64,000 nucleotides of DNA from an uncultured archaeon (lineage in GTDB: Archaea > Aenigmatarchaeota > Aenigmatarchaeia > CG10238-14): positions 8,262-72,261 of the forward strand of contig CAYJVB010000001.1 in NCBI GenBank assembly GCA_964373575.1, written 5' to 3'. Positions 52,195 to 61,572 of the stretch are shown piece by piece. A program made the translations under genes and the position numbers. The notes beneath the pieces are model-generated. The model was given only the letters and a program-made list of their open reading frames with translations. It was not told where the DNA came from and ran no database searches. The first letter of the stretch is position 1, and every line of letters starts with the position of its first letter.

Positions 52195-52513
52195 GCAAGA
52201 TTTTGAAATAGGTTTCACAGATGATGCAGACGTATTACTTACAACACTAGCTAGAGCGGCATTATTTGACATCAAATCAGTAACTAAACTGGATTTTCAA
52301 TTGGTTAAACATCAGATAGGAAAAAAACGTACATACCAAATTATCATTGGCGATACTAGAATAGGACGTTATTATCCTGATGCTAAAGGAGGAGAGATTA
52401 TTCTTTACAATCTAGAGGGGGTTAACAGGACTAGTGGGAATTTTGTTTTGCACTTCAAAGTATATGGTGTGAGATTGTTACACTATGGTGGTTGTGGCAT
52501 AATTTCACTATAA
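52181..52513 (+). CDS. Hypothetical protein (110 aa)
   Basis: ORF only. Confidence 0.3.
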   Translation: MKMYKQDFEIGFTDDADVLLTTLARAALFDIKSVTKLDFQLVKHQIGKKRTYQIIIGDTRIGRYYPDAKGGEIILYNLEGVNRTSGNFVLHFKVYGVRLLHYGGCGIISL

Positions 52514-52659
52514 CATGTTGATAACAGGTTGTCTTTTTAAATTTGATTATATATGAAATATCTATAAATGGTGGGTTAAGTGACCGGCGAAGATCTTTGC
52601 AACTACTAGATTGAATTTATCTAGTTCTAATTCTATTAACATGAAAAATATTGTTTTAA

Positions 52660-52775
52660 GCGAGGTTGGCAGAAACTATTTAGCTGGAACGGCGATGCAG
52701 CCGCCTGCAGCACATTTTCTCGAATTAATGAAGTGCAGAGAGCGGCGCAAAGGGGTTCAACTCCCCTACCTCGCT
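52660..52775 (+). tRNA. tRNA-Cys(GCA) with a 30-nt canonical (37/38) intron and an expanded D-region; located immediately upstream of cysS
   Basis: Acceptor GCGAGGT/ACCTCGC with discriminator T. T-arm AGGGG-TTCAACT-CCCCT. Anticodon stem GCCGC/GCGGC (5 bp), loop CUGCAG|A with anticodon GCA. The intron carries GTGC, which pairs with GCAC across the 5-prime splice site. Confidence 0.7.
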
Positions 52776-52795
52776 TTAACATAAAGGTGCGATGA

Positions 52796-54151
52796 ATGAC
52801 ACTAAAATTATTCAACACAATGACAAGAAAAAAAGAAATATTCAAACCAATGAAAGGAAAAAAGATAAACGTGTTTGTTTGCGGCCCAACTGTTTACGAT
52901 TATTCACACATCGGTCATGCAAAAACTTATATTCAATTCGATATTATAGTAAAATATTTACGATATAGAGGTTATAACGTCTTCTATCTTCAAAACATCA
53001 CAGATTTAGACGACAAAATAATACAACGTGCAAAAGAAAAACAAATAATACCTAAAAAACTTGCAGAACAATTTGAAAGGGAATATTATAAAGATATGAA
53101 AGCATTAGGAGTAAATAGTGTAAACAAATACGCACGAGCAACTGATTTTATAAAAACTATAATACAACAAGTAGAAACTTTGACGAGAAAGAGTTTTGCT
53201 TACGAAATAGATGATGGTATCTATTATGACTTATCAAAATTCTCAGAATACGGAAAATTATCTGGAAGAACAAGTTTAGAGGCAGAAGATGCTGTCACTA
53301 GAATAGACGAGAATATTGCTAAGAAAAACAAAGGAGACTTTTGCTTATGGAAAAGATCTAAGCCAAATGAACCGAAATGGCCATCAAATTGGGGGAATGG
53401 AAGACCGGGTTGGCATATTGAAGATACAGCTATAACCGAAAGCTTCTTTGGTCCTCAATATGATATTCACGGCGGAGCAAGGGATTTAATATTTCCACAT
53501 CATGAAGCAGAGATCGCTCAAATGGAAGCAGCTTCAGGCAAAAAACCTTTTGTGAAATATTGGTTACATACAGGATTTCTAACAGTTAACGGTCAAAAAA
53601 TGGCTAAGTCTCTAGGCAACTTCATTACAATAAGAGATGCATTGAAAAAATGGGATGCAAAAACCCTGAGATATCTTTTCATTTCGACTCATTACAAAAG
53701 CACCATTGATTTCTCAGAAAAAAATTTAGACAAAGCTAAAAATAGTTTAGATAGACTGAACGAGTTTGTGAGAAAAACAAAAAAAGGCAAAGACAACTAT
53801 GATCCAAAATTGATAGAAAAAACAAGAGAAAAATTCATCAAAGCAGTGGATAACGATTTCGATACTCTTAATGCACTTGCAATTATATTCGATTTCGTGA
53901 AAGAGGTTAACAAAGTTGGTGGCGGAAAAAAAGCATATAATCTTATGATGGAATTTGACAAGATATTTGGGATACTTTCTAATGTTGGGGAAATTAAATT
54001 GTCAGGAGAAGCTATGAAACTTATTGCAGAAAGAGAAAAAGCCAGAAAAAATAATGATTGGGAAAAAGCAGATAAAATTAGGGAAGAGTTAAAGAAAAAG
54101 GGAATAATTCTGGAAGACACGAGAGCTGGTGTTAAATGGAAATTAGTTTAA
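52796..54151 (+). CDS. cysS: Cysteinyl-tRNA synthetase
   Basis: HIGHAKTY (HIGH) and KMAKSLGN (KMSKS) class I motifs. Cys-binding region CGPTVYDYSHIGH. Confidence 0.9.
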   Translation: MTLKLFNTMTRKKEIFKPMKGKKINVFVCGPTVYDYSHIGHAKTYIQFDIIVKYLRYRGYNVFYLQNITDLDDKIIQRAKEKQIIPKKLAEQFEREYYKDMKALGVNSVNKYARATDFIKTIIQQVETLTRKSFAYEIDDGIYYDLSKFSEYGKLSGRTSLEAEDAVTRIDENIAKKNKGDFCLWKRSKPNEPKWPSNWGNGRPGWHIEDTAITESFFGPQYDIHGGARDLIFPHHEAEIAQMEAASGKKPFVKYWLHTGFLTVNGQKMAKSLGNFITIRDALKKWDAKTLRYLFISTHYKSTIDFSEKNLDKAKNSLDRLNEFVRKTKKGKDNYDPKLIEKTREKFIKAVDNDFDTLNALAIIFDFVKEVNKVGGGKKAYNLMMEFDKIFGILSNVGEIKLSGEAMKLIAEREKARKNNDWEKADKIREELKKKGIILEDTRAGVKWKLV

Positions 54152-54177
54152 TTACCCATTAATTCATAATACATTCT

Positions 54178-54804
54178 ATGGAATCAAAAGAGAAAAAAAA
54201 CAGATTATTTTCTAGAATGAAAGAAGTTTGGATTAAAAATAAAGATGGCACTTTGGAAAAATTTAATAAAGAAAAAATAAAGGAAGCATTGGTAAAAGTA
54301 GGCACTCCTCTAAGATTGGCATCTGAAATCTCATCGAAAGCGCTTTTATGGTCTAAAAAGAAAAAAGAAATCGATGTCAATGAACTAGAAAAAAAAGTAT
54401 TTGAATTGACTGCTCAAAAAAGTATTTCTGCCGCGTACGCTTTCAAAGAATTTACAACGAAAAAAATTATTGGAAAGGTTAGACAACAATTTACTAAAAA
54501 AGAAGTTGCAAGAATGCTAACATCATTGTTCGTCATTATTCAAATCTATGCATTTCGAGGTGAATATTTTGAAATAAGTAAAGGATTACTGATCTTATCA
54601 TTAAGCATAGTCACATCATCAATTGTCCTGTTATTGTATGTTGGAAAAATTGAAATGTGGAAACATTTATTTGTCGGCATTTTAGTATCACTCATACTTT
54701 CAACAACTGCAGCATTGATATTAAATGTGAAATTGGAAGGAATTGTTGTAGCAGCTTCAGCTGCTTTACCCGTATCAACTATGGTTAATGTATTAAAATC
54801 ATAA
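54178..54804 (+). CDS. Membrane protein with an N-terminal ATP-cone-like domain
   Basis: VWIKNKDGTLEKFNKEKIKEALVKVG resembles an ATP-cone. Three to four TM helices are at the C-terminus. Confidence 0.4.
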   Translation: MESKEKKNRLFSRMKEVWIKNKDGTLEKFNKEKIKEALVKVGTPLRLASEISSKALLWSKKKKEIDVNELEKKVFELTAQKSISAAYAFKEFTTKKIIGKVRQQFTKKEVARMLTSLFVIIQIYAFRGEYFEISKGLLILSLSIVTSSIVLLLYVGKIEMWKHLFVGILVSLILSTTAALILNVKLEGIVVAASAALPVSTMVNVLKS

Positions 54805-54806
54805 AT

Positions 54807-55081
54807 GCAAGGAGCACATCCTTGGTGGATATGACTCTACGATTAAGTTTATCCGAGATCTTTCCTCCACCTTCTGAACTCGTGAGCACTGAAGCATATA
54901 CCTTATGGCTGCTCGGTTCCCCGACTGACCAGTTTCGATATACATACAGTCCCAGGAGGGAAGGCTTCTCAGTCCAGATTCCGGGCTTAATCATGAAACC
55001 ATACCGCCCTTGAACTTCAACCCCCGCTGTAGCTCACTTCGGGTTACAGGGAAGAGCTAACTCCCCGGTCTAGCTCCTTGC
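54807..55081 (+). ncRNA. GC-rich structured ncRNA (~275 nt) with base-paired termini; candidate SRP (7S) RNA, or alternatively RNase P RNA
   Basis: A ~50%-GC island in a ~30%-GC genome. The 5-prime GCAAGGAGC pairs perfectly with the 3-prime GCTCCTTGC, like helix 1 of archaeal SRP RNA or P1 of RNase P. There are internal helices (GGUGGA/UCCACC) and CCGGGCUUA- and GGAAGG-containing internal loops. No ORF is plausible across it. Confidence 0.4.
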
Positions 55082-55217
55082 AATTAAGTTAATAGGATCG
55101 AGATATTTTAAATTACCTTTCGTAACCAATAGTTCATATAAAAAATATATTATGGAGTATATAAAAACTTAAATACTATATGTTACTATTAAGTAGTAAT
55201 AATCAAGGTGAAAATAT

Positions 55218-55625
55218 ATGGTACTAGATACAAACCAAGAAATCACTGTATTCTATATACTTAATCCCTTTTTAGGTGAAGATAATTACTTTCGATATTT
55301 GCTTGAATTCACTGGCGGGTCGGATTTTCCTAACGACCAATTAAGAAATGACTTTGAGATGATCACAAGATCTATAGGTCAAATTCCCGGTAGTACTGAT
55401 TATTATGCTAGTATATACCAAAGAGATGCGGAAGGCGGATTAATAGACTTTGCTAGGGAAAGAGGATATGTCGTTGTACAATTTGATGAAGGAAGAAAAC
55501 AATTATCTGATGCTAAACACCCCCTTAGAATTGCCGGTATTACAACCCCATACCATAAAACAGCTTCTGAGTTATCTAGTCTTTTGGAAGAAAGAGGGTA
55601 TGCTGTAAAAAAGGGATATCAATAA
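55218..55625 (+). CDS. Hypothetical protein (135 aa)
   Basis: ORF with a plausible AT-rich promoter; no motif. Confidence 0.35.
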   Translation: MVLDTNQEITVFYILNPFLGEDNYFRYLLEFTGGSDFPNDQLRNDFEMITRSIGQIPGSTDYYASIYQRDAEGGLIDFARERGYVVVQFDEGRKQLSDAKHPLRIAGITTPYHKTASELSSLLEERGYAVKKGYQ

Positions 55626-55676
55626 TTTAACTTTCCTTTCCGAACTTAACAAGAGAAATTTCTTCGATAAAATGAA

Positions 55677-56852
55677 CTATCCTAATACTTTCTCTATTCT
55701 AGCCATCGCTTCCTCAATTTTATGATAAACAGTAGCATAACTTATCCTAACAAACCCTTCTCCATACTTCCCAAACTCAGTTCCCGGCACAACCAACACC
55801 TTAGCCTTCTTCAGCAAAAATTCGGAAAATTTGACAGATTTCATTCTAAACGATCTAATATTTGGGAAAACATAAAACGCTCCTTTAGGCTCTAATGTCT
55901 TAAATCCAGAAATTTCATTTAATCTTCTCATCACCAACTTTCTCCTTCTATCATATTCACCAACCATCTTCTTTACTGATTTCTGCGGACCTTTCAATGC
56001 GGCAACAGCAGCTAATTGCGAAATTGTCGGTGTAGATAGTGTAGTCCCCAATTTTAATCTCGTCATCGCTTTAATCAATTCAGGATGCCCTGTGGCATAT
56101 CCAACCCTGAACCCCGGCATCGCATAAGTCTTAGAAAACGTGAAAATACTTATGACATATTCCTCCATACCATTCAAACTACCAATACTCACATGTTTAG
56201 CATTATCATAAACAAAATCCTCGTATGCCTCATCAGAAATTACAACTAGTTTACTATCAACCGCAAAATCTGCAATCTCTTCCAATCTCTTCTTACCAAA
56301 AACTGTTCCAGTCGGGTTCGACGGCGAGTTCAATATAACAGCTCTAGTTTTCTTGGGATGTATAACCTCTTTCATTCTATCAATGTTATATTCAAAATGC
56401 TCATCTTGCCTCAACTGGAGAGATAACGGAACACCATTCAGGCTTTCAACTATTGGAATATACGCCAAATATCCGGGATTAGGAACAATGACAGATTCTC
56501 CAGGATCAACTAATGACATTAACGATAGCAAAATAGCCTCCTTTCCACCGACAGTTATTACAATATCTTCCGGTCTAGTATCTATCTTATTTTTCCTTTT
56601 CAATTTCCTTGCTATAACTTCTTTAACTTCTGCCATTCCGCCAATAGCAGTATAATGTGTAAAACCCTTATCTAGCATTCTTTTAGCATAATCTCTTACA
56701 TTTTTTGGTGCAACAAAATCCGGTTCACCGGGTCCAAGAGAAATAACACCTTTCTCCTCCTCAGCAATCTTCATTATCTCTACAAATTGCGTCTCCGGCA
56801 ATTCCATCTCTCTTTCAGAAATAATTCTTCTGATAGCAAAATGTTTTTTCAT
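55677..56852 (-). CDS. Class I/II pyridoxal-phosphate aminotransferase (aspartate aminotransferase-like)
   Basis: Fold-type I AAT pattern: ...SFSKTYAMPGFRVGY (PLP-Lys region), LNSPSNPTG, GEPDF. Confidence 0.8.
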   Translation of the reverse strand: MKKHFAIRRIISEREMELPETQFVEIMKIAEEEKGVISLGPGEPDFVAPKNVRDYAKRMLDKGFTHYTAIGGMAEVKEVIARKLKRKNKIDTRPEDIVITVGGKEAILLSLMSLVDPGESVIVPNPGYLAYIPIVESLNGVPLSLQLRQDEHFEYNIDRMKEVIHPKKTRAVILNSPSNPTGTVFGKKRLEEIADFAVDSKLVVISDEAYEDFVYDNAKHVSIGSLNGMEEYVISIFTFSKTYAMPGFRVGYATGHPELIKAMTRLKLGTTLSTPTISQLAAVAALKGPQKSVKKMVGEYDRRRKLVMRRLNEISGFKTLEPKGAFYVFPNIRSFRMKSVKFSEFLLKKAKVLVVPGTEFGKYGEGFVRISYATVYHKIEEAMARIEKVLG

Positions 56853-56890
56853 AATATGAACATTTTAATTCGCGAAAATAAATTATTACC

Positions 56891-58264
56891 ATGAACGTTT
56901 CAAAGTCCTTTTTCAATCCCAAATCAGTTGCTGTTATAGGTGCATCCAGAGAACCAGAAAAATTAGGCTACATAGTTTTTTCAAATTTCATAAAAAGCGG
57001 ATACAAAGGAAAGGTATACCCAGTTAATCTAAATGCAGAAATGATTCTTGGTAAAAAATCGTACAAATCAGTTCTTAACATTCCGAATGAGGTTGACCTC
57101 GCCATAATTATTATTCCTGCTAAAATTGTCTCAACAATTCTTAATGAGTGCATAGAGAAGAAAATCAAATCAGCTATTGTGATTTCGGCTGGTTTCGCGG
57201 AAACAGGGAGTCAAGGAAAAAAATTGGAGGACGATCTGAAAAAAATAATTTCTGGAAAAATTACAAGAATCATAGGTCCAAACTGTTTGGGCATATACGA
57301 CGCATATTCTAAGGTAGATACATTGTTTCTGTCTAAAGAAAGGTGTGGTAGGCCAGAAAAAGGCAACATTTCCTTCATATCTCAATCCGGGGCTGTTGGT
57401 TCTACAATTCTCGATTGGCTGGCAGAAGAAAATATCGGAATCAGCAAATTCATCTCCTACGGGAATGCACTTGATGTAGATGAAAGCGATCTTATCGAAT
57501 TCCTAGGCAACGATAAATCCACTGATGTTATTCTAGTCTATCTAGAAGGTATAGAATCATCTGGTGAGAAATTCATTGAAATAACAAAAAAAGTTTCAAA
57601 AAAAAAGCCAATCATCGTCTTGAAATCAGGTAAAACAAAAAAAGGTATGCAAGCAGTTTCTTCACATACAGGTTCCTTAGCAGGGTCAGGCCAAATTTAT
57701 TCTGCCGCCTTCAAACAAGCCCATATTATCGAAGCCGACAACTGGGAAGAGCTTCTTGATTTTGGTTTAGCGTTTGCAACCCAAGAATTGCCTAAAGGAA
57801 ATAGAATAGCCATTATTACAGACGGCGGGGGTTTTGGTGTATTAGCAACAGACGAAGCAGAAAGACAGCAACTATTTCTACCAGAACCATCATCAGGATT
57901 AAAACAAAAAATGTCAAAACTAATGCCACCTTACGTTAGTCTTCACAACCCTATTGATTTAACTGGCGATGCAGATGCAAAACGGTACAAGCTAGCCATA
58001 GAAGAATGCATGAAAAGCAAGGAGTTCGATGGTGTAATTGCTATAACATTGTTTCAAGTTCCAACACTGGGAAAAGAAATTGTTGATTATTTGTCTGCAA
58101 TAAAAAGAAAATATAAAAAGCCATTATTGGCTTGCGCAGCGGGAGGAAAATTTTCTAATGAATTAAGCAACAAATTAATAGAAAAAGGAATTCCAGTTTA
58201 TACGACACCTGAAAGAGCAGTTAAGGCAATGAAAGCTTTAGTCAACTTTGGCATTTCTCACTAA
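56891..58264 (+). CDS. ADP-forming acetyl/acyl-CoA synthetase alpha subunit (CoA-binding + succinyl-CoA-synthetase-like flavodoxin domain)
   Basis: N-terminal CoA-binding motif KSVAVIGASREPEKLGY. Catalytic-His region SHTGSLAG. About 457 aa, as in archaeal ACD alpha. Confidence 0.7.
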   Translation: MNVSKSFFNPKSVAVIGASREPEKLGYIVFSNFIKSGYKGKVYPVNLNAEMILGKKSYKSVLNIPNEVDLAIIIIPAKIVSTILNECIEKKIKSAIVISAGFAETGSQGKKLEDDLKKIISGKITRIIGPNCLGIYDAYSKVDTLFLSKERCGRPEKGNISFISQSGAVGSTILDWLAEENIGISKFISYGNALDVDESDLIEFLGNDKSTDVILVYLEGIESSGEKFIEITKKVSKKKPIIVLKSGKTKKGMQAVSSHTGSLAGSGQIYSAAFKQAHIIEADNWEELLDFGLAFATQELPKGNRIAIITDGGGFGVLATDEAERQQLFLPEPSSGLKQKMSKLMPPYVSLHNPIDLTGDADAKRYKLAIEECMKSKEFDGVIAITLFQVPTLGKEIVDYLSAIKRKYKKPLLACAAGGKFSNELSNKLIEKGIPVYTTPERAVKAMKALVNFGISH

Positions 58265-58886
58265 CACGATTTACATTACTCGCATTGGTTGGGATGAACT
58301 GTTGACCACAATAGAAATTATCATCAACTCTACCGCAACACAGTATTTTCGAATTAGAAAATGTATAATAATCACAATCTTTATCCTTAGCATAACTACA
58401 CTCTAGACTCCTATAACTGTTTTCTAGTCCTGTATGTTTGTTTTGTAAGTCATTAAATGCGCCTTGTATAGCAGCACTGGTGTTGATTAATTGTGTAAAC
58501 TCTGCATTGCAGCTAGTTAACTTTTCTTCAGTAACTTTCAGGTCAGCTTCAGTTCTATTTAACATCTCTTTTCTATTTCCCAAATCTGTATTACACACAG
58601 CCAAGCTGGTTTCATAATCTCCAACTTCTTCTTTCAACGCATTAATCTGACCTTCTTGAACAACAAGTTGCGATTGCGTTTCAGCTATCTTTGCTGTATA
58701 AGATGCATATCCAGTATAAGACAAACCGCCTATAGCTAAAACAGCCAAAATGACTACGACAAATGGGAACTTGTTATCCCTAAAACTGTAGGAAAAAATA
58801 TTTTTTATGGGTCTCTGGACTCTATCTTTCAATCTTTCAAAGAATTCTCTTGCCTTGGTCTTCTTCTCTTCATAAGGTTCGTACAT
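58242..58886 (-). CDS. Membrane-anchored coiled-coil protein (214 aa)
   Basis: TM FPFVVVILAVLAIGGLSYTGYASY, followed by a coiled coil and a Cys-rich C-terminus. Confidence 0.4.
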   Translation of the reverse strand: MYEPYEEKKTKAREFFERLKDRVQRPIKNIFSYSFRDNKFPFVVVILAVLAIGGLSYTGYASYTAKIAETQSQLVVQEGQINALKEEVGDYETSLAVCNTDLGNRKEMLNRTEADLKVTEEKLTSCNAEFTQLINTSAAIQGAFNDLQNKHTGLENSYRSLECSYAKDKDCDYYTFSNSKILCCGRVDDNFYCGQQFIPTNASNVNRVSEKCQS

Positions 58887-58923
58887 TATTATCTGAAATA
58901 CTTTTGACTTTCAAACTATATAT

Positions 58924-59205
58924 TTATTTTTTAAAAGCCGTTTCGAACTCTTTTCTCAATTCCTTCAATTCTACTTGAACCCTATTTGCACTATCCCTCA
59001 AAGCCTTTTGTGGTTGTGCCCTGCCCTTCATCTTTACAAAAACTTTGGGTTCTGCCATGTACGGATGTTCTTTTACGCTAGCAGATTCTTCAACATTTTC
59101 ATCATTCCACAGCTCATCCCTGATCAAATTTGCAAATCCAATAGTATCCCCTTTCAGCTCAACAAGAATAGTGTTCCCATCACTTTTGACCTCCCTTACT
59201 TCCAT
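58924..59205 (-). CDS. rpoL: DNA-directed RNA polymerase subunit L (Rpo11)
   Basis: MEVREVKSDGNTILVELKGDTIGFANLIRDEL...HPYMAEPKVFVK is the RpoL/Rpb11 fold signature. Confidence 0.75.
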   Translation of the reverse strand: MEVREVKSDGNTILVELKGDTIGFANLIRDELWNDENVEESASVKEHPYMAEPKVFVKMKGRAQPQKALRDSANRVQVELKELRKEFETAFKK

Positions 59206-59870
59206 TATTTCACCTCAATTACAAAAAGATCAACATCAAACTCCACTTTAGGTTTTCTGTGGAACCTAAACATATGTGGTATCCTAAATTTATAAGTGAT
59301 AATACTTTTAACCTTTCCGTTTCTTGCTTCTACAAAGTCCCTGATAAAATTTCTAGACTTTTCATAGCTCCGATGCAGGGTATATATATTCTTAGCCACT
59401 TCCAGAGCCTTCTTTAAAAAAGGCCTATCAGCATGCTTGTTTTGAATGCCAAAAGGAGGATTTTGTATCACAGTATCAACATTCTCATCCCATTCATTAA
59501 TGTCAGAATTGACAAAATCGATTTTTATTTGTTCTTGGGTCATTTTTCTGATAATTTCAACATTTTCTCTAGCAGTTTTCAAGGCATTTTCATCTACGTC
59601 TAGTGCAACAACCTTTTTTGCCCCCAATAAAGAAGCTCCTATCGCTAACCTTCCACTCCCACATCCAAAGTCAGCAACAACCCTGTTTTTTATATGTTCA
59701 GAAATATACGCAAGATTCAAAATCTCAGCAGCCAAATCTCCGGTTATAGTATACTGCTCTAGACTAGGCTTCGGGTTAAATTGTTCCTTTAATCCAGATA
59801 ATATAATTTCCAATTCCTTCTTCATCCCCATTCTATCAGAAATAATAATCAAATAAAGGTTATAAACCAA
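59205..59870 (-). CDS. SAM-dependent N6-adenine-type (NPPF motif) RNA methyltransferase, METTL5/HemK-like
   Basis: VADFGCGSGRLAIGA (motif I) and VIQNPPFG (motif IV). Confidence 0.7.
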   Translation of the reverse strand: MVYNLYLIIISDRMGMKKELEIILSGLKEQFNPKPSLEQYTITGDLAAEILNLAYISEHIKNRVVADFGCGSGRLAIGASLLGAKKVVALDVDENALKTARENVEIIRKMTQEQIKIDFVNSDINEWDENVDTVIQNPPFGIQNKHADRPFLKKALEVAKNIYTLHRSYEKSRNFIRDFVEARNGKVKSIITYKFRIPHMFRFHRKPKVEFDVDLFVIEVK

Positions 59871-59872
59871 AC

Positions 59873-60640
59873 TCAGAGAACTCTCCTAAGAAGCTCTAAA
59901 ATTTTATCAAGAATTAATGTAATCCATGCAGTTGGCTTAGTTTTGAGCAAGTGTGAATAATCACCTTCTTTTATTCCCAAGTTCTTACCTACAGCCGAAT
60001 CTGTTTTTTCAAGAACTTCAATAACATCTTCATAGCTGTATGATATCTCAGCATAGTATGAATTGGAACATTTTCTAGTCACATTTCTTTCATTTGAACA
60101 AGGGAAATAAAACTTGCATGGTTGTGTTATTGTCCAAAATTTTTCACCCTTCTCTAGTTTGTTATCCACTTTGCTCTCAAAAGGTAAATGGCACTTGAAA
60201 TAATCCTCTCCCATTGTCTGATGAACAGGAACATAGCTATCAGTAAAATAATGGGCTGCAACACCAACATAAAACGAGAAATTACTAATAGTAGCATTAT
60301 TCAATGCCTCCTCGAAATTTTCCATTGCAGGACAATCAAAATAATTATCTTCCATGCACTCCTGAAAATCAGTAAAATATGGTAATTCACCAGCATTTGT
60401 TCTGTTTACATCGATTACTTTACACTGCTTAGCAACATAGCAATAATGATTTCTCGAATCTTTATACTCTTTGTCAGGAGCAAGACACCCTCTCAGAAAT
60501 TCATCTCTATCTAATCTTTTATTTAGTTCTATATTAGAATTGTAAATGTGTTCACAAAAAAAAGAATGTGTTTCCCATCCCCAGCTATAGACAGCAGGGA
60601 TAGTTAGCAAGAATGCAGCCAAAATTGATAATAATTTCAT
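59873..60640 (-). CDS. Secreted zinc-dependent phospholipase C / S1-P1 nuclease-family protein
   Basis: Signal peptide, then a mature N-terminus WGWETH. The Trp1/His6 zinc-ligand signature is typical of the PLC/P1 nuclease fold. His/Asp-rich. Confidence 0.45.
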   Translation of the reverse strand: MKLLSILAAFLLTIPAVYSWGWETHSFFCEHIYNSNIELNKRLDRDEFLRGCLAPDKEYKDSRNHYCYVAKQCKVIDVNRTNAGELPYFTDFQECMEDNYFDCPAMENFEEALNNATISNFSFYVGVAAHYFTDSYVPVHQTMGEDYFKCHLPFESKVDNKLEKGEKFWTITQPCKFYFPCSNERNVTRKCSNSYYAEISYSYEDVIEVLEKTDSAVGKNLGIKEGDYSHLLKTKPTAWITLILDKILELLRRVL

Positions 60641-60654
60641 GTAAAGAAATTATT

Positions 60655-61533
60655 TTACTCTAATAAATCCTCATCGTCCATTCTAGGGCAAACAAGATTT
60701 AGTATAACATCAAACTTCATTCCAATAGTTTTGCTTTTAGCAATTGTATCGAAAGCGAGTATATGTACCTCTTTTCCTTCTGATTCCAATTTCTCCTTTA
60801 CCCTCATAGCCTCTTCAATCCTATTCTGTCCTTGCTTCCATGAAACTGTTATACCAACAACTTTAGCTTCCTTTAATTTGTAATCATGCCAAGCCTTCTT
60901 CTGAAGATACTTTTTCTTTTCCGGTTCCAAGCTGATAATATCATTTCTTTCAACATCTAATGAAAAAACTGGTTTTTCAGTAATTAATGCTAAACCCAAA
61001 GGATGAAACTTTCCACCGCCAACATACAAGAAGCAATCAACTTTGTCTTCTATCGCTTTCCCTGCATAAACCCTGCAACCAAGAACCTGACCTTCATGTT
61101 TTTGTGACTTGTAAACATAAGCCTTCTTCCCATATTTTTCTAGATATTCTTTCACCATTTTGAGCGCAGGAACATATTGAATACTGCAAAACAATCCAAT
61201 ATTCTTGAAATCTTTCAGTTTGTCAAAATTCTTTTTCAAAGCTGGTATAGGATCAACGTCTAGAAAATAATCCCAATAAACAACAGGTAATTCCGATTTA
61301 ACACCAAAATCTGAGTGTGCTATGTGTAAAACAGCCTGACAATCAAGTCTCTTAGCCTCGAAATCCCTGATGTCACATGCCCCAAAAACAGGTTCACAGC
61401 ATAATACTGTTTCAAATCCCTCTTTCTTCAATTGTTTATCTATATTTTGTATCTTTGTCTTTAAACCTTCCGGATACTGCACAAAGACCCTTTTTGCTTT
61501 CAATTTTTTCAGTTCTCGAATCGCTTCTTCCAT
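60655..61533 (-). CDS. dph2: Diphthamide synthesis protein Dph2 (2-(3-amino-3-carboxypropyl)histidine synthase)
   Basis: KRVFVQYPEGLK...LCCEPVFGACD...three-Cys radical-SAM-like Dph2 pattern. Confidence 0.8.
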   Translation of the reverse strand: MEEAIRELKKLKAKRVFVQYPEGLKTKIQNIDKQLKKEGFETVLCCEPVFGACDIRDFEAKRLDCQAVLHIAHSDFGVKSELPVVYWDYFLDVDPIPALKKNFDKLKDFKNIGLFCSIQYVPALKMVKEYLEKYGKKAYVYKSQKHEGQVLGCRVYAGKAIEDKVDCFLYVGGGKFHPLGLALITEKPVFSLDVERNDIISLEPEKKKYLQKKAWHDYKLKEAKVVGITVSWKQGQNRIEEAMRVKEKLESEGKEVHILAFDTIAKSKTIGMKFDVILNLVCPRMDDEDLLE

Positions 61534-61572
61534 AATTCTAGCCTTTTATTTCATTAAACGCATAAGATTTAT

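Noticed and set aside
52636-52845. 69-aa minus-strand ORF
   Set aside because: It overlaps the tRNA-Cys gene and the cysS start. It is antisense to a structured RNA.
54785-55013. Two short ORFs (69 aa minus strand, 63 aa plus strand) in the 54.8-55.0 kb gap
   Set aside because: They fall inside the GC-rich structured ncRNA candidate. Their reading frames are explained by the GC-rich RNA composition.
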